Shown: one piece after another, positions 9,542 to 18,983 of the stretch
How the letters are laid out: the number at the start of each line of letters is the position of its first letter
How positions within the stretch are numbered: the first letter of the stretch is position 1
NCBI GenBank assembly: GCA_964291235.2
Contig: OZ219816.1
Coordinates: 96,001 to 160,000 of the forward strand
Direction of reading: 5' to 3'
Length of the DNA: 64,000 nucleotides
Source: Vicinamibacteria bacterium
Lineage (GTDB): Bacteria > Acidobacteriota > Vicinamibacteria > Marinacidobacterales > Marinacidobacteraceae
Notes under the pieces: model-generated
Database searches by the model: none
What the model saw: the letters and a program-made list of their open reading frames with translations, nothing else
Told to the model about the DNA's origin: nothing
Program-made: the position numbers and the translations under genes

Positions 9542-12163
9542 TCAGGCCGGTACCGGTTCGCTCGTCACCTCCGCGTCGCGGACGCTGACTTCCAGCGCGC
9601 CGTCCCGAGTGGCGCCGACCTCGACCAGAGCGCCCGGCGGCAGGGCGCCGGCGACGATCATCCGGGCGGCAGGCGTTTCGACCTGCCGCTGGATCACCCG
9701 GCGCACCGGCCGGGCGCCATAGACCGGGTCATACCCCTCGGCGGCGAGGGTCCGCAGGGCCGGCTCCGTGACCGTCAGGGTCAGATCCTGCTCCCGCAGA
9801 CGTTCGCGCAACCGGTCCAGCTGGAGATTCACGATCTCTGCGACCTGCTCCCTGGTCAAGCTCCGGAACACGACAGTCTCATCCACCCGGTTCAGGAACT
9901 CGGGGGGAAATTCGCGGCGGAGGTCCGAGACAACCTCCCGCTTCATCTCCTCGTAGTCCCGGCCGGCCTGCGCGAGCGCCAGAACCCGGTCGCTGCCGAC
10001 ATTCGAGGTCATGATGAGGACGGTGTTGCGGAAGTTCACCAGCCGGCCGTGGGAGTCGGTCAGCCGGCCGTCATCGAGCACCTGGAGCAGCACGGTCCGG
10101 ACCTGGGGATGCGCCTTTTCGATCTCGTCCAGCAGGATCACGGCGAAGGGACGGCGGCGCACCGCTTCGGTCAACTGGCCGCCTTCCTCGAAGCCGACAT
10201 AGCCGGGAGGCGCACCGGTCAGCCGGGAGACGGAGTGCTTTTCGGTGTACTCGCTCATGTCCAGCCGCACGAGGGCGCGTTCGTCGTCGAAGAGTTCGGC
10301 GGCGAGCGCGCGCGCGAGTTCGGTCTTTCCCACGCCGGTGGGACCCGCGAACAAGAAGGCGCCGAGGGGCCGATCGGGGTTTTGGACCCCAGCCCGGGCC
10401 CGCAACACGGCATCGGCAACCGCCCGCACCCCCTCGTCCTGTCCGACGACTCGGCGGTGCAGCAGCTCCCCCAGCCGGAGCAGTTTCTCGCGTTCGCCCT
10501 CGAGCAACCGGTCCACCGGGATCCCCGTCCAGCGGGACACCACCGACGCCACGTCGGAGGCGTCCACCTCCTCGCGGAGAAGGCGCCCTTCCTGCCCCCC
10601 GAGCCGCGCCTGAGCGGTCTTGAGGTCCCGCTTCAGGTCTTCGATGGTTCCGAAACGGAGCTCGGCGGCACGACCGAGATCCTGCTCGCGCTCGGCGCGC
10701 TCCATCGCCAGGTTGGCCTCTTCGAGGGTCTGCCGGAGCCGCCGCACCTCAAGGAGTTGCGCTTTCTCGCTCTGCCACTGGGTGCGGAGCGCCCGGGCCT
10801 CCTCCTCGAGGTCGGCAATCCGGCTCTCGACTTCCGCGAGTCTCTTCCGGGAAGCGTCGTCCTTCTCCTTCTTCAGCGCTTCACGCTCGATCTGTAGCGA
10901 AAGGAGCCTTCGCTCCACCTCGTCGAGACCGGTGGGCACACTATCGATCTCGGTCCGGAGGCGGGCGGCCGCTTCGTCCACCAGATCGATCGCCTTGTCG
11001 GGTAGGAAGCGGCCGGAAATGTAGCGGCCGGACATCGACGCCGCGGCGAGGAGAGCGCTGTCCTGGATACGCACGCCGTGGTGGACCTCGTAGCGCTCTT
11101 TCAGGCCACGGAGGATGGTCACCGTGTCCGGCACCGAGGGCTCGGCTACGACAACCGTCTGGAACCGCCGTTCGAGAGCGGCGTCCTTCTCGATGTGCTG
11201 GCGGTATTCGTCGAGAGTGGTGGCCCCGACACAGTGCAGGTCCCCGCGGGCAAGCGCCGGCTTGAGCAGGTTGGAGGCGTCCATCGCGCCGTCCGTCTTG
11301 CCGGCGCCGACGACGGTGTGCAACTCGTCGATGAAGAGAATGACGCTTCCGTCCGCCTCCTGGACGGCGCCGAGCACCGCCTTGAGCCGCTCTTCGAACT
11401 CACCCCGGAACTTGGCGCCAGCGACAAGCGCGCCCATATCGAGCGCCACCACCTGGCGGTCGCGGAGCCCCTCGGGGACATCGCCCTTCACGATGCGCAG
11501 CGCCAGACCCTCCGCGATGGCCGTCTTGCCGACCCCCGGTTCTCCGAGCAACACCGGGTTGTTCTTGGTACGGCGCGACAGGATCTGCATCACCCGCCGG
11601 ATCTCATCGTCACGGCCGATCACCGGATCCAGCTTGTCGCCGCGAGCGAGCGCCGTCAGGTCCCGCCCGTACGTCTGGAGGGGCTCGTAAGCGCTCTCGG
11701 GGTTCGGACTCGCGGCGCGCGACGGACCGCGCACGGCCCTGATCGCCGCCTCGAGCCGCTGCGGATCCACTCCGGCGGCGCGGAGCGCCCGGCCGGCCGC
11801 GGACTTCCCGGAAGCGAGCGTCTGGACGAGGTGCTCCACGCTCAGGAACTCGTCTCCGAGCTTTCGCGCCTCGTCGGAGGCGGCGTGGATCGTCTTCGCG
11901 AGCTCCCCGGAGGCGGGGGGCGCGCCGTCGGCGGCATGCCGCTGGACCGGCAGCGCTCCCAGAGCGGCGTCCAGGTGTCTGCCAACCGCCGAAGGCTCGA
12001 TTCCCAACCTCCGGAGCAGACGCAGGGTCAACCCGTCGGGGGCGTCGTCGAGCAGGGCCGCCAGCAGGTGTTCGGGGGTGGTTTCCGGGTTCTTGCGCCC
12101 TTGGGCGAGCCTTGCAGCTCTCGACAGGGCACCGCCAGCGCGTTCGGTAGCGGGAAGTGACAT
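9542..12163 (-). CDS. clpB: ATP-dependent chaperone ClpB
   Basis: Two AAA+ modules ([16 protein letters not shown]), [11 protein letters not shown], coiled-coil middle domain, 873 aa. Confidence 0.97.
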   Translation of the reverse strand: MSLPATERAGGALSRAARLAQGRKNPETTPEHLLAALLDDAPDGLTLRLLRRLGIEPSAVGRHLDAALGALPVQRHAADGAPPASGELAKTIHAASDEARKLGDEFLSVEHLVQTLASGKSAAGRALRAAGVDPQRLEAAIRAVRGPSRAASPNPESAYEPLQTYGRDLTALARGDKLDPVIGRDDEIRRVMQILSRRTKNNPVLLGEPGVGKTAIAEGLALRIVKGDVPEGLRDRQVVALDMGALVAGAKFRGEFEERLKAVLGAVQEADGSVILFIDELHTVVGAGKTDGAMDASNLLKPALARGDLHCVGATTLDEYRQHIEKDAALERRFQTVVVAEPSVPDTVTILRGLKERYEVHHGVRIQDSALLAAASMSGRYISGRFLPDKAIDLVDEAAARLRTEIDSVPTGLDEVERRLLSLQIEREALKKEKDDASRKRLAEVESRIADLEEEARALRTQWQSEKAQLLEVRRLRQTLEEANLAMERAEREQDLGRAAELRFGTIEDLKRDLKTAQARLGGQEGRLLREEVDASDVASVVSRWTGIPVDRLLEGEREKLLRLGELLHRRVVGQDEGVRAVADAVLRARAGVQNPDRPLGAFLFAGPTGVGKTELARALAAELFDDERALVRLDMSEYTEKHSVSRLTGAPPGYVGFEEGGQLTEAVRRRPFAVILLDEIEKAHPQVRTVLLQVLDDGRLTDSHGRLVNFRNTVLIMTSNVGSDRVLALAQAGRDYEEMKREVVSDLRREFPPEFLNRVDETVVFRSLTREQVAEIVNLQLDRLRERLREQDLTLTVTEPALRTLAAEGYDPVYGARPVRRVIQRQVETPAARMIVAGALPPGALVEVGATRDGALEVSVRDAEVTSEPVPA

Positions 12164-12164
12164 G

Positions 12165-12226
12165 ATCTATCTACTCCATACTCATTGAATATGATAAATA
12201 TCATAGCAGATCAATAGTTATTGAGC
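12165..12226 (-). promoter_or_regulatory. AT-rich clpB promoter/operator region with two short palindromes
   Basis: Strongly AT-rich patch in a GC-rich context; TATGATA-AA-TATCATA (12190-12205) and TCAATA-GT-TATTGA (12211-12224). Confidence 0.6.
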
Positions 12227-12270
12227 ACACCCCACCCGCGGAGTGGAGTCCCGAAACCTCGCGGAAACGC

Positions 12271-12531
12271 CTAGCGGACGGGCTCGCCGGGACGCTCGCC
12301 CCCGGACGTGCCCCGGACGTAGGCGTCGCACATCAGGACCGGCAGGCGCGGATAGCGGGGATACCGCGCGTCCACGAACGAACGCTCGCAGAGCATGAAC
12401 CCGGCGCGTCGGGAAACGACGACCCGGCCGTAGCGACAGGCGCGGCAGAGCCCCGCGGAGGGATTCCCGGGCGCCACCGGGGGCCGCGGTTCAGTCAGTC
12501 GCGCCGGTCCACGGCATCCAGCCCGAACCAC
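12271..12531 (-). CDS. Small Cys-rich hypothetical protein (start probably near 12498)
   Basis: GLCRACRY...MLCERS..D.RYPRYPRLPVLMC pattern with 4 Cys; abuts the upstream gene's stop. Confidence 0.6.
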   Translation of the reverse strand: MVRAGCRGPARLTEPRPPVAPGNPSAGLCRACRYGRVVVSRRAGFMLCERSFVDARYPRYPRLPVLMCDAYVRGTSGGERPGEPVR

Positions 12532-13426
12532 GGTGCCCGAAATCGAACTCCCCTGGATGCAGGAGTTCCGCGAGGATCTCGGCGGACTCCACGACGCGGG
12601 GGCCCGGCCGGTTGAAGTACTGGTTCCCGTCGGTGAGGAAGACGCACCCGTTGCGAACCGCCGTCAAATCGTTCCACCCCGGTTGGGCGGCGAGGGCCGG
12701 CATCTCGAGCCGGGTGCGGCGCATGTCGAAACCGCACGGCATGACGGCGATGACGTCGGGATCGGCGGCGAGCAACTCGCCAAACTCGAAGTATCCGGAA
12801 TGCCGCCCCGGTTCCCCGGCCATGACCGTGCCCCCGGCGATCTCCACCAGTTCGGGAACCCAGTTGCCGGCGTGCATCGGTGGATCGACCCACTCGATGC
12901 AAGCGATCCGCGGGCGGTTCGCGAGCTTGCCCGTGCGCGCCTGTATTGCATCCAGCCGTCCCCTGAGGTCATGGACGAGCCGCGCTCCCCGATCGGGAAT
13001 TTCGAGCGACGCGGCGACCGCCCGCACGTCCTCGAACACGTCGCCGAGCGACATGGGCGCCAGCGGCACGATCTCCGGCCGGGAACGCACGACGTCGCAC
13101 ACGGCCTTTTCGACATCGCGCAGGCTCACGGCGCAGACCTCGCACTGGGTCTGGGTAACGATCACGGTGGGCGCGAGCTCGTTGAGCAGGCCGCCATCCA
13201 CCCGGTACACGGACAGGGCCTCGCCCACGATTTCCCGGACCTGGCGGTCGATATCCCGGCTCGAGGCCCCGGCATCCACCTTGGACGAAGAGCAGACCGG
13301 AAGGCTCAGGATCGAGGGAGGGAAATCACACTCGTGCGAGCGGCCGACGAGACAGCGCTCCATGCCCAGCGCCGTGACAATCTCGGTCGCGCTTGCGATC
13401 AGTGAGACGATGCGCGGCTCGGCCAT
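12491..13426 (-). CDS. BtuF-like cobalamin/Fe-siderophore-type substrate-binding protein
   Basis: RIVSLIASATEIV, GRSHECDFP, TQTQCEVCAV and YFNRPGPRVVE; no obvious signal peptide. Confidence 0.85.
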   Translation of the reverse strand: MAEPRIVSLIASATEIVTALGMERCLVGRSHECDFPPSILSLPVCSSSKVDAGASSRDIDRQVREIVGEALSVYRVDGGLLNELAPTVIVTQTQCEVCAVSLRDVEKAVCDVVRSRPEIVPLAPMSLGDVFEDVRAVAASLEIPDRGARLVHDLRGRLDAIQARTGKLANRPRIACIEWVDPPMHAGNWVPELVEIAGGTVMAGEPGRHSGYFEFGELLAADPDVIAVMPCGFDMRRTRLEMPALAAQPGWNDLTAVRNGCVFLTDGNQYFNRPGPRVVESAEILAELLHPGEFDFGHRGSGWMPWTGATD

Positions 13427-13433
13427 GCGCCCC

Positions 13434-14036
13434 TCAGTCTCGGAGGGAAGCAGGCTGCCAGCGGGGTATCAGCGCCCGGTCCCGGAGCGTCACGGGGCTG
13501 AACAGCAGCGGCAGGAAAACCGCCATGCTGATCAGGCTGTTCCGGAAAAAGGGGATGGCCTGCACGTAGCAGTCGATCAGTCCGGCCATGTTGAGCGGAT
13601 ACCGCAGGCCGCCGCCAAACGCCCAAACCGCAAAGTTGGTGACGATGAAGAAGCCCACCGCCGAGAGAGCGCCCGAGGCCGCGAGACGGCCCCAGGACCG
13701 TTGCCCGCGCATCAGGAAGCCACCGGTCGCCACGAGCGCGACCGCCAGGTAGATGACCGGCTGCCCTCCATAGAGCGCCCAGTCGGCGCGTCCGGTCACG
13801 AGCCAGATCCCGACGTCCCCGAGCAGGTAGGTCGCGAGCGGGACCAGATAGACCAGCCGGCGCGAGGCGTAGAGCGCTCCGCCGAAGACCGCGAGCGCGA
13901 GGATGGGTGAGAAGTTCCACGGGTACGCCATGGACGCCGGATCGGCGTGATGCGCCCCGAAGACGTACGGCGCGAGGCGGACCCCAACGCTGAGCGCGAG
14001 GAGCGCGAGCAGGACGGGGAGGCGGATGGACGTCAT
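13434..14036 (-). CDS. DUF6580-like putative membrane transport protein
   Basis: Hydrophobic; NFSPILALAVFGGA, FFIVTNFAVW and CYVQAIPFFRNSL; ATG at 14036 overlaps the upstream TGA (ATGA). Confidence 0.75.
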   Translation of the reverse strand: MTSIRLPVLLALLALSVGVRLAPYVFGAHHADPASMAYPWNFSPILALAVFGGALYASRRLVYLVPLATYLLGDVGIWLVTGRADWALYGGQPVIYLAVALVATGGFLMRGQRSWGRLAASGALSAVGFFIVTNFAVWAFGGGLRYPLNMAGLIDCYVQAIPFFRNSLISMAVFLPLLFSPVTLRDRALIPRWQPASLRD

Positions 14037-14767
14037 GGAATCTCCTTGTCGATTCGGGGGTCCGCGAGGGTACCAGCGCCGGCGCCTGCCGGCGCCTCCG
14101 GCAACAAGTCGCAGAACCAGAAGCCGTCGCGCCGGATCACCGCGCCGACCGCAACCGCGAGCGGCCGGTGGAAGATGGGCCCGTCGAACACGAAGGTGTG
14201 AAACTCGCCGTTCTCGCCACACGGATCGACTCCCTCCGGCAAATCGGCGAGCAAGGCGTCATCAAAGGTCCTTCCCGCGAACGAGGCGTCGAGCGCGGCG
14301 GGATCCAGGCAGACAATGCGCGCCTGGAAACCGGAGTCCACGAACGTGCGGGCAAGCGCGCCAGTGGGACGCCCCCAGAGCGGGAACACGCCCTCGAGGC
14401 CGAGGGCTTTCAGTTGGCGTCGGCGGTAGTCCCGGACGTCCTCCAGGAAAATGTCGCCGAAAGCCACCTTGTGCACCCCGTTCTCCCGCAGCCGGAGGAA
14501 CGCCTCGCCCATGGCGCGTTCGTAGATCGCGTTCGAAGCGCGAGGAGGAATGGTGACTTCGGTGAGCGGAACGCCGATCGAAGCCGCCTGCTCGCGCAAC
14601 AGGGAACGCCGGACGCCGTGCATGCTGATCCGGTCGTACTCTCCGGTCACCGTCGTGATCAGCGCGGAGACCTCGAACCGGCTGTCACCGCGCAGGGCGT
14701 GGAGCGAAAGCGAGCTGTCCTTGCCCCCACTGAAGGCGAGCGCAACCGGCTCGCCAGCCCGTGACAT
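14033..14767 (-). CDS. PP-loop ATPase, diphthine-ammonia ligase (Dph6/MJ0570)-like
   Basis: SGGKDS PP-loop, FGDIFL, FPLW and DPCGENGEFHTFV. Confidence 0.9.
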   Translation of the reverse strand: MSRAGEPVALAFSGGKDSSLSLHALRGDSRFEVSALITTVTGEYDRISMHGVRRSLLREQAASIGVPLTEVTIPPRASNAIYERAMGEAFLRLRENGVHKVAFGDIFLEDVRDYRRRQLKALGLEGVFPLWGRPTGALARTFVDSGFQARIVCLDPAALDASFAGRTFDDALLADLPEGVDPCGENGEFHTFVFDGPIFHRPLAVAVGAVIRRDGFWFCDLLPEAPAGAGAGTLADPRIDKEIP

Positions 14768-14797
14768 CCCGTTTCTGGACCGGTAGTGACCTGCGGG

Positions 14798-15982
14798 TCA
14801 GATCACCCCGTGGGCTCGGCCGCTCTCGGTGAACGCGGCAACCGCCCGGTCCACCTGCTCGTCGTCGTGAGCCGCCGAAAGCTGGACCCGGATGCGGGCC
14901 TTGCCTTTCGGCACCACGGGAAAGCTGAACCCGATCACATAGATCCCCCGCTCCAGAAGATCATCCGCCATACCGGATGCGAGGCGGGCATCGCCGAGCA
15001 TGACCGGAACGATCGGATGTTCGCCGGCCGGGAGGGTGAATCCGGCCGCGGTCATGGCCTCCCGGAACCGCCGGGTATTGCGTCGCAGCCGCTCTCGCGG
15101 TTCCTCGGTGGTGGAGAGCAGGGCAACGACCTCGATGGCCGCCGACACGATGGCCGGAGCGAGGGTGTTCGAGAACAGATAGGGGCGGCTCCGCTGGCGG
15201 AGGAGGGCCACGATTTCGCGTCGACCGGAGGTAAATCCGCCGGCGGCGCCGCCGAGCGCCTTGCCGAGCGTCGAAGTGATGATGTCCACCCGCTCCGCAA
15301 CCCCGAACCGCTCCGGCGTCCCGCGGCCGGTCTCGCCGATGAAGCCGGTGGCGTGCGAATCGTCCACCATGACGAGCGCCTGGTGGCGGTCGGCCAGTTC
15401 ACAGATGGCATCGAGCGGCGCGAGCGTCCCGTCCATGCTGAAGACGCCATCGGTCGCGATCAGTTTCCGCCGCGCGCCGGCGCATTCCTCAAGCTTCGCG
15501 GCGAGATCGTCCATGTCGCGGTTCCGGTAGCGGAAGCGCTGGGCCCGGCAGAGACGGACGCCGTCAATGATGCTCGCATGGTTCAACGCATCGCTGAGGA
15601 TCGCGTCGTCCGGTCCCAGAATGGTCTCGAACAGGCCGCCGTTGGCATCGAAGCACGAGCTGTAGAGGATGGTGTCCTCGGTGCCGAGGAACTCCGCGAT
15701 GCTCGCTTCCAGTTGGCGGTGGATGTCCTGGGTGCCGCAGATAAAGCGGACCGAACTGAGCCCGAAGCCGCGCTGGTCGAGCCCTCGCCGGGCGGCCGCC
15801 AGTACCCGGGCGTCGTTCCCGAGGCCCAGATAGTTGTTCGCGCAGAAGTTGAGAACTTCGCGCCCCCCGACCGTGATCAACGCCCCCTGCGGGGAGACGA
15901 TCAGCCGCTCCCGCTTCTCGAGGCCCGCGTCCTGGATCGCGGCCAGCTCGCTCTGAATGGAAGACAGCGTTTCAACGTTCAT
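14798..15982 (-). CDS. kbl: Glycine C-acetyltransferase (2-amino-3-ketobutyrate CoA ligase)
   Basis: [38 protein letters not shown] and [11 protein letters not shown]. Confidence 0.95.
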   Translation of the reverse strand: MNVETLSSIQSELAAIQDAGLEKRERLIVSPQGALITVGGREVLNFCANNYLGLGNDARVLAAARRGLDQRGFGLSSVRFICGTQDIHRQLEASIAEFLGTEDTILYSSCFDANGGLFETILGPDDAILSDALNHASIIDGVRLCRAQRFRYRNRDMDDLAAKLEECAGARRKLIATDGVFSMDGTLAPLDAICELADRHQALVMVDDSHATGFIGETGRGTPERFGVAERVDIITSTLGKALGGAAGGFTSGRREIVALLRQRSRPYLFSNTLAPAIVSAAIEVVALLSTTEEPRERLRRNTRRFREAMTAAGFTLPAGEHPIVPVMLGDARLASGMADDLLERGIYVIGFSFPVVPKGKARIRVQLSAAHDDEQVDRAVAAFTESGRAHGVI

Positions 15983-16151
15983 GGGCGCGATTCCTCGAGC
16001 CCGAGACTGTAACGGGTGAGGTGCTGGTCAGGGGGGGCGGTTCGGTGGCGCGGGACCGCTGACCTTCCGGTCGGCAGCGGCGCCCGCCGGGCGGCGAAAC
16101 TCGCCCCCCCGGATCCACTCCGGGCGCCCCTGGCTCCGGTAGGCTGTCGGC

Positions 16152-17360
16152 ATGTCTGGAGACGCCGGACGGCGCGCGACACTGAGGGATGCGATCCGGG
16201 AGGAGGGATTCCGCCTCGGCTTCTCGGCGGTCGGGTTCGCGCCGCCCCGGATGCCCGAGGCCGGCCGGCAGCTCGAGAAGTGGCTGGACGAAGGACACCA
16301 CGGGACCATGCACTGGATGGCCCGCGATCCCGGCCGCCGGAGTGACGCCACCGCCATCCGAAAGGCTGGGGGCGCCGGACCGTCGGAGGTCCCCGCCGCG
16401 GAGCGGACCGTGATCGCCTGCGGGCTGAACTATTACGCCGGGGAGCCGGCTTCGGCTCTCCCGGGGGGAGGCGTGATCTCCCAGTACGCACAGGGCGAGG
16501 ACTACCACCGGGTGCTGAATTCGAAACTCCGGGCGCTCGCCGGGTTCGCCGAGGAACGGGCCGTGGCGGCCGGGTTTCTGGCCAGGCGCTCCCCGGGCGC
16601 CCGCCGGCGTATCCCCACCCTCGTGGACCACGGCCCCCTGCTGGAAAAAGCGTTCGCCGAGCGGGCGGGTCTCGGGTGGATCGGCAAGCACTCGAACGTG
16701 ATCGCCACCCGGGGCAGCTCGTGGTTCTTCCTCGGGGAGATCCTCTTCCCGGTGGACCTGCCACCGGACGACGCGCAGCCCAACCGGTGTGGAAGCTGCA
16801 CCCGCTGCCTCGCCGCCTGCCCCACGAACGCCATCGTCGAGCCCTACGTCGTGGACAGCCGGCGGTGCATTTCCTATCTGACGATCGAACTCCGGGGATC
16901 AATCCCGGTCGAGTTCCGGAGAGCCATCGGCAATCGCATCTTCGGGTGCGACGACTGTCAGGATGTCTGTCCCTGGAACCGCTTTGCGGACAAGGCGGAC
17001 GAGCCGCGGCTGGCCGCCGCTCGCGACGGACTGCACACCGAGACGCTCGCCGCGCTGCTCCGGCTCACTCCCGACGAGTTCCGCGTGCGGACCCGGGGGA
17101 GCGCCATCCGCCGGGCCGGGTACGCCGGTTTTCTGCGAAACGTCGCGGTCGCTCTCGGGAACACCGGCGGTCCCGGGGCGTTCGAGGCCCTCGAGGCGGC
17201 GCTGGACCATCCCGAACCGCTGGTCCGCGGCCACGCGGTGTGGAGTCTCGCAGAGGTGGATTCCGCCCGGGCGAAACCCGTCCTGACCGTCCGGCTCGCC
17301 CGGGAGCGGGATCCCGGAGTGAAAACAGAACTGGAAGGCGCCATCGGCGCCGCATCCTGA
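16152..17360 (+). CDS. queG: Epoxyqueuosine reductase
   Basis: YAQGEDYH, GLGWIGKH, CGSCTRCLAACP, CISYLTIE and FGCDDCQDVCPWN; C-terminal HEAT-like repeat. Confidence 0.93.
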   Translation: MSGDAGRRATLRDAIREEGFRLGFSAVGFAPPRMPEAGRQLEKWLDEGHHGTMHWMARDPGRRSDATAIRKAGGAGPSEVPAAERTVIACGLNYYAGEPASALPGGGVISQYAQGEDYHRVLNSKLRALAGFAEERAVAAGFLARRSPGARRRIPTLVDHGPLLEKAFAERAGLGWIGKHSNVIATRGSSWFFLGEILFPVDLPPDDAQPNRCGSCTRCLAACPTNAIVEPYVVDSRRCISYLTIELRGSIPVEFRRAIGNRIFGCDDCQDVCPWNRFADKADEPRLAAARDGLHTETLAALLRLTPDEFRVRTRGSAIRRAGYAGFLRNVAVALGNTGGPGAFEALEAALDHPEPLVRGHAVWSLAEVDSARAKPVLTVRLARERDPGVKTELEGAIGAAS

Positions 17361-17400
17361 AAAAGCCGGCTCCCGGCTCCTCCGTGTCCCGGTACGGCGC

Positions 17401-18798
17401 CTAGCGGATCGCGGCCTGCATCTCCTCGACGCTGACGAACTTCACCCGTGGGCGGCCTTCGGCCTTCCCGCGCGCCACCTCGAGGGCGTCGAGCGCCTTC
17501 CAGTCGGCGAAGGAGAAATAGGCAGGCACCCGCTCGGCCACGAAACGCCCGGCCGCTTCGACGGACGGCGACTCGGGACGCCAGTGCTTGCCGGCCGCCA
17601 CGTCCTCAAGCAGAACCCGGACGGTCTCCAGCGCGTCGGGTTTGTTCGTACCGATGACGCCCGTCGGACCGCGCTTGATCCAGCCGGCGCAGTACTGGCC
17701 TTCCTGATGCTCACCGTCGGGCGCATCGAGCACCCGCCCGGCCGCATGAGGGATGACTCCCCAGTCGTCCCGGAAGGGCACCTCCGGCAGCGCAACGCCC
17801 CGGTAGCCGACCGAGCGAAACACGAGGCCGGCGTCGAGGTCTTCGAAGTGGTCGGTGGCCCGGGGACGGACGGTGCCGCGCTCGTTGCGATAGAGCTCGT
17901 TCTTCACCAGCTTGACGCGGCTGACTCCTCCATCTTCGCCCGGGATGAGTTCCACGGGGGAGACCAGGAAACGCACGGTCAGGGTGCGGGGCTTGCCCGA
18001 CCGCTTTTCGGCCGCGTACTGCTGGAGGATCTCGACCTTTCGGGGAGCCGCCTTGTCGGCCCCGGAGTCCACCCATTCCCGGCTGACCGGGTCCAGGGCC
18101 GCCTCGTCTTCCAGCACCCGGATGTCGGCTCCTTCGAGTTCTCCGAGCTCCTTGATTTCCGGGTTCGAGAAGGCCGCCTGCGCCGGACCCCGCCGCCCGA
18201 GCATGTGGACCTCCCTGATCCGGCTCTCGGCGAGCTGTTCGAGCGCGTAGTCCGCGATGTCGGTGCTCTTCAGTTCGTCCACCGAGCGGGCCAATACCCG
18301 ACAGACATCTACCGCCACATTGCCGACCCCGACGACCGCCACGGACTCCCGGGAAAGGTCGAACTCCCGGTCCCGATAGTCGGGATGGCCGTTGTACCAG
18401 GCCACGAACTCGGTCGCTGCGTGGCTTCTGGGCAGGTCCTCGCCGGGCACCCGCATCGCCCGGTCCACCTGGGCGCCCACGCAATAGATGACGGCGTGGT
18501 AGTGGCGGCGCGCGTCCGCCAGCCGGATGTCGCTTCCGAACTCCACGCCGCCATAGAAGCGGAACCGGGGGTTCTGGGCAGTGCGCTCGTAGGCGCGGGT
18601 CACGGACTTGATTTTCTGGTGGTCCGGGGCCACGCCGCCGCGTACGAGGCCATAGGGCGTCGGGAGCCGGTCGTACATGTCCACTTCGACGCCCTGGCCG
18701 GCCGCCTTGAAGAGATGATCCGTTGCGTAGAAGCCGGTCGGGCCGGATCCGAAGATCGCGACCCGCAGGGGTTGATCTGGGGTGCCGGGAGTCGTCAT
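17401..18798 (-). CDS. Ferredoxin-NADP+ reductase (adrenodoxin reductase/FprA type)
   Basis: GSGPTG, PYGLVRGGVAPDH, GVGNVAVD and GWIKRGPTGVIGTN; ATG at 18798. Confidence 0.92.
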   Translation of the reverse strand: MTTPGTPDQPLRVAIFGSGPTGFYATDHLFKAAGQGVEVDMYDRLPTPYGLVRGGVAPDHQKIKSVTRAYERTAQNPRFRFYGGVEFGSDIRLADARRHYHAVIYCVGAQVDRAMRVPGEDLPRSHAATEFVAWYNGHPDYRDREFDLSRESVAVVGVGNVAVDVCRVLARSVDELKSTDIADYALEQLAESRIREVHMLGRRGPAQAAFSNPEIKELGELEGADIRVLEDEAALDPVSREWVDSGADKAAPRKVEILQQYAAEKRSGKPRTLTVRFLVSPVELIPGEDGGVSRVKLVKNELYRNERGTVRPRATDHFEDLDAGLVFRSVGYRGVALPEVPFRDDWGVIPHAAGRVLDAPDGEHQEGQYCAGWIKRGPTGVIGTNKPDALETVRVLLEDVAAGKHWRPESPSVEAAGRFVAERVPAYFSFADWKALDALEVARGKAEGRPRVKFVSVEEMQAAIR

Positions 18799-18983
18799 TT
18801 GGGCGCGAAGTATAGGGGCGCGCGGATGTTCGGAACGGCGTTCCGCGCCGGAGGCGGCAGGAATGGGAATCCCGCGTGATCGAAGGTGGAGAAAGGCGGG
18901 GTCACGGTCGCATCGCGCCGTGATCCCGGCCACCACCGGGGGCGGCGCCGGAAGCCGGCCCGTTACTCCTGGTAAGGGCTCCC

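Noticed and set aside
14768-16151. Cobalamin riboswitch ahead of the BtuF-like module or queG
   Set aside because: No B12-box or GGGAA...GCCACTG core is recognisable in the short intergenic segments.
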